DNA of 64,000 bases from Candidatus Methanosuratincola verstraetei. Lineage in GTDB: Archaea; Thermoproteota; Methanomethylicia; Methanomethylicales; Methanomethylicaceae. The translations under genes were made by a program, and so were the position numbers. Location of the stretch: contig CP186953.1 of assembly GCA_049570475.1 (NCBI GenBank), positions 928,001 through 992,000 of the forward strand, given 5' to 3'. A model generated the notes under the pieces. It did no database searches, had not been told where the DNA came from, and saw only the letters and a program-made list of their open reading frames with translations. Shown here in pieces: positions 38,484 through 46,061 of the stretch (position 1 is its first letter; every line of letters begins with the position of its first letter).

Positions 38484-39509
38484 TCACACATAAACCATGC
38501 ATCTAGCTACTTCGACCAACGCCTTGAAGTTCGCAGTTGGAGTCCTCGGAGGTATTCCGCAGGAGGGCATCAGCACATCAACGCCCTTCTTTATCGCGTC
38601 GATCGCCGCCTCCCTAACCTTCTGAGGCGTGCCGAATAGGAGCGCAGTAATCGTTGGCACTCCTCCGACTATGGCTATCTTGTCGCCAACTATGGCCTTT
38701 GCGAATGCGGGATCAACTTGCGCGTCAATCGAGAATGCGTCAAATCCGGTGTCAGCTATATACGGCAGATAAGCTGAAGTGTTGCCGCATATGTGAAGCA
38801 CGACTGGCGCCCCGATCTTCTTGGCCATGTTCTGGTAGACTGGGATCATCACGTCCCTGAAGAACTGTGGCGACAGGATGTCCGAAGTCGCCGAGGGATC
38901 TGCGATGCAGATCACATCCGCTCCGCTCTGTAGTGCCTTCTTGCAGTCATCAATGTTCATCTCGGATATCTGCATCAGCGCCTCCTTGACCTCCTCCTGT
39001 GGTCTCTTCTTGGTCCATATGCAGAACTTCTCGATCCCGAAGATGTGCCCGGCAATAGTGAAAGGTCCCGTAACTTGGTTGATAATTGGCAGGTAGTCGC
39101 CATACTCCTTCCTGAGCATCTCCTCGACCCTGTGCTTCAGCGGGAATCTTCCGGTCTCAGTGATGTTCTCTGGAATCTTGAGGTCCTTCAGGTCGTTGAA
39201 AGCATGCGTCTCTACGCTTGGGTGCCTGTCTATCCTTCCCCAGTTGATCTTGCATCCAAATGCCTCTGCTTCAACACAGAGATCGAAAGGCAGTTTGAAA
39301 CCCTCTAGCCCTATTACTTCCCAGGCGGCGGCTGCGAGCTTGAAAGCAAGCTGCGGATCCCTGTTTGCCTCAGGGAACGGCGCATTCACCGCATTCATCT
39401 GATCGACTGTTGCAGTGGTCAGTGTATCCATGCAGCTTATCCTGTCTGCTCGCCTTTTGTTGCCTGTGACACAAAGAAGGGCTCGTTTTCGCGGCGTCAT
39501 TTCAGCCAT
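38484..39509 (-). CDS. MT2-type methylcobamide:CoM methyltransferase, MtsA-like
   Basis: URO-D fold with VEAEAFGC, GPFTIAGH, ADPSA, Zn ligands LHICG and PSCG. Confidence 0.9.
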   Translation of the reverse strand: MAEMTPRKRALLCVTGNKRRADRISCMDTLTTATVDQMNAVNAPFPEANRDPQLAFKLAAAAWEVIGLEGFKLPFDLCVEAEAFGCKINWGRIDRHPSVETHAFNDLKDLKIPENITETGRFPLKHRVEEMLRKEYGDYLPIINQVTGPFTIAGHIFGIEKFCIWTKKRPQEEVKEALMQISEMNIDDCKKALQSGADVICIADPSATSDILSPQFFRDVMIPVYQNMAKKIGAPVVLHICGNTSAYLPYIADTGFDAFSIDAQVDPAFAKAIVGDKIAIVGGVPTITALLFGTPQKVREAAIDAIKKGVDVLMPSCGIPPRTPTANFKALVEVARCMVYV

Positions 39510-39668
39510 ATAATCACCTTCGTTTTTTATCTTGATGCTTTTATATAAAGAATTTCAAGGATGGAATATCCATCCAATATTTATGAACTGTCCGCCTGAC
39601 CCTTTGATTCCGATCATTCAACTCGAATAAGTTATAAAACAGCCTTGATTGCACAATACTAACGGAGT

Positions 39669-40505
39669 ATGAAAATTTTGAGGATCTCAAGAGTGGGGAT
39701 TGTCGCCAAGCCGAATTCTGAGGAGGCCGCGAGGGTAGCCTTGGACGCGGGGCGTTTTCTCTCCTCGAGAGGGATCGAGGTGATCCGCCCTGCAGAGTTG
39801 GCGAAAGCGGATGGTTGCGGACCGAATCCCCCTCCAGCCGACCTTGTCGTTGTTGTGGGCGGTGACGGCACAATAATGCGGACTGCCCAAATGGTGGGAT
39901 CGACGCCATTGCTCGGCATAAAGGTTGGTGCTCGGGGCTTCCTCTGCGAGACTATCCCTGAAGAGGCGATCGCCACACTAACCCGCGTCTTAGAGGGCAA
40001 GACCTACCTCGAATATAAGACCAAGCTTTCGGTAGCCCTAAAGGGGCGCCAGCTCCCTGATGCGTTGAACGAGGCACTTGTGACCTCCGCGAGGCCTTCG
40101 AAGATAATCCGTTTTTCAGTCTCTGCAGACGGGAAGACCATTCATCGCGGGATGGCTGATGGCGTCATTGTATCCACGACTACAGGGGCGACAGCATACG
40201 CCCTCTCTGCCGGAGGCCCGATCATCGATCCTGGCTTAGATGTCATTGAGGTGGTATTCGTATGCCCGCTCCATCACGGGGTGCGCCCAGTAATCCTGCC
40301 CCCGTCTGCAAGGGTCGAGGTCACTTTGTTGCCCGGTTCATCCGGAGGTCTGCTGATGTTGGATGGACAAGTCTCTGTCGACCTAGAAGATGGTGAAAAA
40401 ATCCTCGTTGAGAAGTCTAGGTCGCCGGCTGTCTTCCTTAGAACTGCTCCCGTGGACTTTTATGATAAGGTTAGGAAATCTCTGAATATGGGGTTTGAGG
40501 GATAG
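39669..40505 (+). CDS. nadK: NAD kinase
   Basis: GGDGT, G.RGFL, LNE and DG...ST.TG.TAY.LSAGGP motifs. Confidence 0.93.
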   Translation: MKILRISRVGIVAKPNSEEAARVALDAGRFLSSRGIEVIRPAELAKADGCGPNPPPADLVVVVGGDGTIMRTAQMVGSTPLLGIKVGARGFLCETIPEEAIATLTRVLEGKTYLEYKTKLSVALKGRQLPDALNEALVTSARPSKIIRFSVSADGKTIHRGMADGVIVSTTTGATAYALSAGGPIIDPGLDVIEVVFVCPLHHGVRPVILPPSARVEVTLLPGSSGGLLMLDGQVSVDLEDGEKILVEKSRSPAVFLRTAPVDFYDKVRKSLNMGFEG

Positions 40506-41035
40506 TGGTCTCCAAGACTTATGTGCTCGACACGTCGGCAATAATTTACGGCTTCAACCCGCGGCTAGTCGAGGGGACCCATTACATAACCCCTGGCGTC
40601 GAGGCCGAGCTTTACGCTGGAAGGACGCGGTCTGTGACAGAGGTCTCAATCGCCAGCGGGCGCCTTAGAGTCAGGGCACCGCGACCCGAGTATGTGGCGG
40701 TGGTGAAAACCCGCGCCTCCTCGACTGGGGACCTCACCGTGCTTTCTGAGACCGATCTCGAGGTAGTTGCACTCGCGCTCGAGCTGGAAGGCGAGGGGGA
40801 GAATGTCCTTGTCGTGAGCGACGACTATAGCCTTCAGAACCTATGCACCCTTCTTTCGATAAACTTCAAGCCGATGGTAACAAAGGGGATATCCGAGGAG
40901 TTCTGGTGGTTCCTTTACTGCCCTGCATGCGGGGCTACGTACGACCAGTCGAAGAAGCTAACCGCTTGCCAAGTGTGCGGGCATTCGCTCAAAAGGAAGG
41001 TCTACAGCAAGAGGAAGATCACCGGGTCCTTCTGA
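40505..41035 (+). CDS. nob1: Nob1 rRNA-processing endonuclease (PIN + Zn ribbon)
   Basis: VLDTSA, LSETD, DDY..QN, CPAC...CQVCG. Confidence 0.93.
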   Translation: MVSKTYVLDTSAIIYGFNPRLVEGTHYITPGVEAELYAGRTRSVTEVSIASGRLRVRAPRPEYVAVVKTRASSTGDLTVLSETDLEVVALALELEGEGENVLVVSDDYSLQNLCTLLSINFKPMVTKGISEEFWWFLYCPACGATYDQSKKLTACQVCGHSLKRKVYSKRKITGSF

Positions 41036-42179
41036 ACCTGGCAATGAAATACCCTGGCGTTTCGCTAACATCTGGGTCAAACCTGATGCACTCCTTGAGC
41101 CCTATCCCTTCCCCAGCCGCGTTCAGCTTGATTGGGGGCTCCTCAAGCTCAAGCCCGAGCTCCTCGACAGCGAACCTGACCGCCCCCTCATTTTCCTGGA
41201 TCGTCAGCGTGCACGTCGAGTACACAATTACGCCCCCGGGCTTCACGATCCTTGCGGCAGCCCTCAGGAACTGCTTTTGAAATACTGCTGATGAGAAGAC
41301 CTCCGCAGCAGTGGCCTCCTCGTAGAGTTTCGGCCGGACGCCGAGGGCGGTGCACGGGGGGTCGACGAGCACCCTGTCCGCCATCAGCGTTGGGCGGTCC
41401 CTGTCCAGATATCTTGAATCAGCCCTCTCGACCAAAATGGACCTGATCCCGAGGCGCTTGATCTCCTCGATCATCCTCGCTGCCCTCCTGGGGGAATGCT
41501 CGAAAGCGAAAACCCTCCCTCTTTCACGCTGTAGCTGCGCGATGTGAGTAGCCTTCCCTCCTGGCGCTGCACACATGTCAACAATTGTTTCCCCTGGCTG
41601 GGGATCCAGCACTCTCGAGGTGATTATCGCGGGGAGGCTCTGTTCCTGGATCTTCCCTTCTGAGAATAAAGTGGTCTCCCGTATCGGCGGCAGCCTGTAT
41701 ATGCTCTGGGACGTGGAAACGGCGATCCCATTGACGCCCCGCAATCCTGAATGTATATTGGAAATGCCTGACCCGACCAGGTGCCCGCGGGGGTCTTCGA
41801 TCCTTACGGTGTCGCCAACCTTGACCCTCTGCATCCTCATGATGCCAGGCATGTAGAGATTGCTTCCGAGCATGACGCTCTCAGCGGCGTGTTTCTTCGC
41901 GGTGATCGAATTCCCTGAGGGATCGATCTTGAACGGACCCTCGACAGATATCATTGCTGCCTCCCCGATCTGTTCATGGGCCATGCAGTCGACACCAATT
42001 GCCCTGAAGTAACTTACGACTTCATCCACGCTCCCCCTGAGGGTGTTGACCCTGACCGCATACCTGCTCGGCGGGGCGCTGAGCCTCTCCAGCACCCCCT
42101 GGAGCCTCGGACCATAAACCTCGGAAAGCAGTTCCAGAAGCCCCTCTGAATAGTGCTTCCCGCAAATCTTGCATTCCAA
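41019..42179 (-). CDS. RsmB/NSUN-family m5C RNA methyltransferase with PUA domain (NSUN6-like)
   Basis: RVNTL, AESV..G..LY.PG, DMCAAPGGK, DPPC, YSTC and ENE motifs. Confidence 0.92.
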   Translation of the reverse strand: MECKICGKHYSEGLLELLSEVYGPRLQGVLERLSAPPSRYAVRVNTLRGSVDEVVSYFRAIGVDCMAHEQIGEAAMISVEGPFKIDPSGNSITAKKHAAESVMLGSNLYMPGIMRMQRVKVGDTVRIEDPRGHLVGSGISNIHSGLRGVNGIAVSTSQSIYRLPPIRETTLFSEGKIQEQSLPAIITSRVLDPQPGETIVDMCAAPGGKATHIAQLQRERGRVFAFEHSPRRAARMIEEIKRLGIRSILVERADSRYLDRDRPTLMADRVLVDPPCTALGVRPKLYEEATAAEVFSSAVFQKQFLRAAARIVKPGGVIVYSTCTLTIQENEGAVRFAVEELGLELEEPPIKLNAAGEGIGLKECIRFDPDVSETPGYFIARFRRTR

Positions 42180-42239
42180 GGCCCTTCCCCGGCTATCCAG
42201 AGGAGAACAGTTATTTTAGTGTGCCTTCGATAAATCCCT

Positions 42240-42689
42240 GTGCAGCCTATGCCGTTAGGAATCTTGTCAAGAAAAGAGGAAGGGTTCAGCGTAGAAAGGC
42301 TAATCTCGCTTGCAAAGTCGAGCCTGGGGGTAGGATCCTATGGTGCCCTAATTACCTTCATCGGGACAGTTAGAGGATCTACCCGCGGAGGATCGAGGGT
42401 GGTTCGACTGGAGTACGAGGCATACGAGGAGTCGGCAAAGGAATTGCTCCAGAGTATAGCCGAAGACATTTCAAAGATCGACGGGGTCAGGGACGTTTTC
42501 ATATGCCACAGGTATGGCACATTTGTACCGGGCGAAGAAGTTCTCTTTGTCGCGGTAGCCTCTGAGAGGAGCGACTCTGGTTTCGAGGCTGTGCGCCAGG
42601 CTGTCTACAGGGTTAAACATGAGGTGCCCATCTGGAAGAAGGAGATAACGGAAGACGGGGGATATTGGGTTGGGGCAGAGGGGGCTTAA
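42240..42689 (+). CDS. moaE: Molybdopterin synthase catalytic subunit
   Basis: F.G.VR, LEYEAY, HR.G and K..VPIWKKE motifs. Confidence 0.93.
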   Translation: MQPMPLGILSRKEEGFSVERLISLAKSSLGVGSYGALITFIGTVRGSTRGGSRVVRLEYEAYEESAKELLQSIAEDISKIDGVRDVFICHRYGTFVPGEEVLFVAVASERSDSGFEAVRQAVYRVKHEVPIWKKEITEDGGYWVGAEGA

Positions 42690-42744
42690 GCCCGGCGCAG
42701 CCAAGATGTTCCGATTCCCAACAGCATCTTTTTGAAGGTAGCCA

Positions 42745-42760
42745 GCGCCTATCTAGGCGC
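42745..42760. terminator. GC-rich palindrome right after the cysS-like stop
   Basis: GCGCCTA-TC-TAGGCGC lies between the convergent moaE and cysS-like genes. Confidence 0.35.
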
Positions 42761-43936
42761 CTAAATCCTGATCCCAAGGATCCCTTCAACAGCGTCGAAA
42801 ACCCTCCAAGCCCCGGTGAAATCCTTCTCTTTCCCTTCCGCAATCTCCCAGGCCAGCCTCTCCGCGATAGTCAGAGCATCTCCAGTCCTCAGGTCATCGT
42901 CGAGGCTGCCGAAAAACATGTCTGCATAGTCCTTGACACATACGCTCATGCCTCCCTCGCCCCTGCCATTTCTGGCAATTTTTGCACCTTCTCTGAGTGT
43001 CTGCAGCCTCCTCTCGGCACCTTCCAGGCCATCTTCAGAGTACTCGATCTTCTCACGGTAGTGCCTTTGCAGGAGGAATGCCCTAAGCGTATCTCCGGAA
43101 AACTTTTCCAAGACGTCTCTTATGTATACGGGGCGCCCTGATGACTTTGACATCTTGTCACCGCCCATAAGGACGAAGTTGTTGTGAATCCAATACTTCA
43201 CGAAAACTTTCCCGAAAATCGCCTTTGAGAGCAGCGCTTCGCATTCATGATGCGGGTAGATGAGATCCATCCCTCCCCAATGGACGTCGAACTGGGATCC
43301 TAGCGAATCCGTGGACATCACCACGCACTGTATGTGCCAGCCGGGCCTCCCCCTGCCTAAGGGGGAATCCCATGTCTCCTCACCCTCCTTCCCCTGCCTC
43401 CAAAGCGTGAAGTCAAAAGGCCCCTTCTTCGACCCAGCCTCGATCTTGTCTGTGACTGCTTCCTCAACGTTCGAGATGAGCTCTCCGAAACCTCCTGCCT
43501 TCTGGACGTCGAAGTATATCGCGTTACCCGACCTGTATGCTAAACCTCGCTCAAGCAACCTCTCTATTGCCTCTGCAATCCTCGGGATAAACTCCGACAC
43601 CCTTGTGTAAACCGTTGCCCTCTTCACTCCGAGAGCGTCCATATCCTTGAAGTATTCTTGGATAAAGTAATCCGCGATCTCGCTCGGGGTCTTCCCTCGT
43701 GCAACTGCGCGCTCGGTTATCTTGTCGTCTATGTCCGTGAAATTCTGGACATGAATGAACTCGTAGCCGAGGGCTTCGAGGTATCTCCTGAAAACGTCGA
43801 AGTTTATGTATGTCCTGGCGTGCCCAATGTGGCAATAGTCGTATACCGTAGGTCCGCATATGTATGCCTTCACCTTTCCCGGCTCAGATGTGATCAATTC
43901 CTCTTTGTTTCCGCTCTTGGTATTGAATACCTGCAA
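42761..43936 (-). CDS. CysRS-family protein lacking the C-terminal anticodon-binding domain
   Basis: CGPTVY, HIGH, PGWHIQC, PHHECE and KMSKS; 391 aa from TTG 43936 (GGTGA upstream); ends at ILGIRI. Confidence 0.9.
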   Translation of the reverse strand: MQVFNTKSGNKEELITSEPGKVKAYICGPTVYDYCHIGHARTYINFDVFRRYLEALGYEFIHVQNFTDIDDKITERAVARGKTPSEIADYFIQEYFKDMDALGVKRATVYTRVSEFIPRIAEAIERLLERGLAYRSGNAIYFDVQKAGGFGELISNVEEAVTDKIEAGSKKGPFDFTLWRQGKEGEETWDSPLGRGRPGWHIQCVVMSTDSLGSQFDVHWGGMDLIYPHHECEALLSKAIFGKVFVKYWIHNNFVLMGGDKMSKSSGRPVYIRDVLEKFSGDTLRAFLLQRHYREKIEYSEDGLEGAERRLQTLREGAKIARNGRGEGGMSVCVKDYADMFFGSLDDDLRTGDALTIAERLAWEIAEGKEKDFTGAWRVFDAVEGILGIRI

Positions 43937-43940
43937 GTCA

Positions 43941-44726
43941 TCACCCCAACTCAAGTCCAGCGAAAGCGACTGCCCTGCAGCGATCTATCTTCAGCGGGGC
44001 GCCCAGATATAGCCTGCTGATCCTCTCCTCGTATTTCAGGGGCTTGATCCCTTCCTCCAGAACCACTGCCTTGGCATTCGGTCCAGCCAACACCAGCGCG
44101 CCGATAAGGAGCTCATTTCCAGTCCCGGTCTTGCCTGAGATCACAGGTCCGACTGATGGCTCAACAGGATCCCTCCTGACTATGGCGAATCCATCGCCCC
44201 CTTCAGGCTTCAGGACCATCCCTCTCTTCGCCAGCTCTTTGATAACCTTGCGCCTCTCATAGCCGAAGCATTCTTGATCCATCCGAATCATCGATTCGTC
44301 CAATTCAGTCCCAATGACAGATCCCGTTCTCCCCTGGATCCTGTCCCGATCCTTCAGTGAAACAAGATAAGCCTCAATGTCGATCTTGAACTCGTTTGCT
44401 TCATAGAAGCCTGTCGATCGTTCGTAGGAAAATAGTGCAACCGTTTTTTTTCCTTTGAGCAGCCTTTTGCATTCTGAGAGTATCTCCCCGCCAATGCCGT
44501 GCCCCCTCTCCTTGGGCCTTACAAGCAGGTTTGAGATCCATCCTGTGTCCCCATAGTCAAATACCGTGACCATTCCTATCATTTCGCCCTGATTGGCTGC
44601 AACAAATGTCTTCCCGCCAACTAGGCTGAACCAATGGAAGTCGTCCTCGGTGTAATTCCACCCCTCCTTTTCCGTCATTAGGACGAGCTCCGGGAAATCC
44701 TTCGGCTCAGCTTCCCTGATCTCCAT
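43941..44726 (-). CDS. GNAT N-acetyltransferase, two-domain (YitH-like C-terminal domain)
   Basis: EGWN, WI....V....RGHGIG acetyl-CoA motif, FY...F, then MD..CFG..R and GP. Confidence 0.88.
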   Translation of the reverse strand: MEIREAEPKDFPELVLMTEKEGWNYTEDDFHWFSLVGGKTFVAANQGEMIGMVTVFDYGDTGWISNLLVRPKERGHGIGGEILSECKRLLKGKKTVALFSYERSTGFYEANEFKIDIEAYLVSLKDRDRIQGRTGSVIGTELDESMIRMDQECFGYERRKVIKELAKRGMVLKPEGGDGFAIVRRDPVEPSVGPVISGKTGTGNELLIGALVLAGPNAKAVVLEEGIKPLKYEERISRLYLGAPLKIDRCRAVAFAGLELG

Positions 44727-44877
44727 CGTTGTCAGATCCCTTGCCCTTGTAGATCTCGTCGCAAATGTGCTCCCCGTGCGTGATGAACTTTTTGTCTCCA
44801 CGCGCGTGCTTTACACTGCATGGGCCATAGTCATCGTCCTCTGCGCCGTACCACTTCTCGCACGACTTGCAACGCAT
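44707..44877 (-). CDS. 56-aa Cys/His-rich protein, absent from the ORF track
   Basis: Hand translation MRCKSCEKWYGAEDDDYGPCSVKHARGDKKFITHGEHICDEIYKGKGSDNDGDQGS*; AAGGAG upstream; fills the gap between neighbours. Confidence 0.75.
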   Translation of the reverse strand: MRCKSCEKWYGAEDDDYGPCSVKHARGDKKFITHGEHICDEIYKGKGSDNDGDQGS

Positions 44878-44895
44878 GGCTATTTACGCTCTCCT

Positions 44896-45183
44896 TTACT
44901 CCGGCCTCCCCGCAGCAATCCAATTTTCAATTCCTTCCCTCACTATCCTTTCAACCAGGGTCTCCTCCTCCTTTATGAGGACATCCCCGAGCTTGATTAC
45001 AGGGGTCTTATCGCAGTCGAGCATGAGAAGCTCTGCCATCGCCTCAGAGTCTTTTTCTGTGTCCTTCTCCTCGACGAGGTCTTCATACTCGAGACCCATC
45101 GTGACTAAAACCCGGCTCAGGATGAACTTGGCGATCGGGCATCTCGTGCAAGAAGGAGACTTGTAGAGCTTGATCTTGCCCAT
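44896..45183 (-). CDS. Glutaredoxin/NrdH-like redoxin
   Basis: LY..PSCTRCP.AK and cis-Pro TP motif; GGTGA before ATG 45183. Confidence 0.85.
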   Translation of the reverse strand: MGKIKLYKSPSCTRCPIAKFILSRVLVTMGLEYEDLVEEKDTEKDSEAMAELLMLDCDKTPVIKLGDVLIKEEETLVERIVREGIENWIAAGRPE

Positions 45184-45249
45184 CTTCTCACCGCATTTTC
45201 CATCTTGCATAAGTGGTTTATCTAGGCTGCGCAAGAAATCCATTGCATA

Positions 45250-45765
45250 CTACCTGTAAATCGATGCCCTCATCGGGCACCTCCTTATAAACTCCTTCTC
45301 AACCTCGATCCTAAGCTTCTCGTCCAGCTCCTGCTGTGCTTTGGATATACCCCTCAGATCGGGGTGCTGCAGGAAGGGCCCTCCCAAGATCCCTCCTGCC
45401 TCAGAATCTATCCTTTCTAAAGGTACGGGGTCGCTCTCTAGGATCTTTCCGATGATCCTCTGCACGCCCTCGGTAACGAAGTTTTCCTTTGATATCTTCT
45501 CGAACAGTTCTGGCGGGACAGGTCTAAAGCCAAAATGGTAGCCTGATCCGATTGACGCGCCTAGGTTACCCGGCTCAAATCGGGTCCCAAAGCCAATGTT
45601 CTCAGAAGGGCTAATCATCATAGTCTTGATCCTATACCCAATATCCGGACCGATGACTATTGCATTCCCTCTCAGGTCTGAGGCCATGTGCCATCCAATC
45701 GGCTTCTTGTTGTACTTCTCAATGATCTCCCTGAGAATCTCTTCAGCTGCGAGCATCTCTGGCAT
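45250..45765 (-). CDS. Hypothetical protein
   Basis: Long ORF with protein-like composition; start uncertain (45765, 45756 or further upstream). Confidence 0.65.
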   Translation of the reverse strand: MPEMLAAEEILREIIEKYNKKPIGWHMASDLRGNAIVIGPDIGYRIKTMMISPSENIGFGTRFEPGNLGASIGSGYHFGFRPVPPELFEKISKENFVTEGVQRIIGKILESDPVPLERIDSEAGGILGGPFLQHPDLRGISKAQQELDEKLRIEVEKEFIRRCPMRASIYR

Positions 45766-45977
45766 ATTGCCCCAACAGGGTATCGCAGAATCGGGATAAT
45801 AACATTTTTGCATCATTTTAACATTAGGCTTGAATGCCAATGGATCGCATCTGGGATTTTGGGATGGGTCGTTGGTGTCGCCTTTCCAATAGAATTTAAT
45901 GTACATTTTAGTACAATTATGTTTATATATTTCTATAAAAAACCATTTCGGTACATATTGATGTGGTGAAGCGGCCC

Positions 45978-46061
45978 TTGGATGGTGTGCTCATAATACT
46001 CACAGTTGGCGGGGCGGTCTTGGCAGCAGTGAATTTCTTTTTCAGCATAAGGGAGAGGTGA
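45978..46061 (+). CDS. 27-aa single-TM peptide, probable SSS transporter accessory subunit, absent from the ORF track
   Basis: TTG start after GGTGA; MDGVLIILTVGGAVLAAVNFFFSIRER*; GTGA overlap with the SSS start. Confidence 0.6.
   Translation: MDGVLIILTVGGAVLAAVNFFFSIRER

Noticed and set aside
42690-42763. Amber read-through restoring the CysRS anticodon domain
   Set aside because: The frame continues only A-P-R to a second TAG, and convergent moaE ends about 70 nt away.
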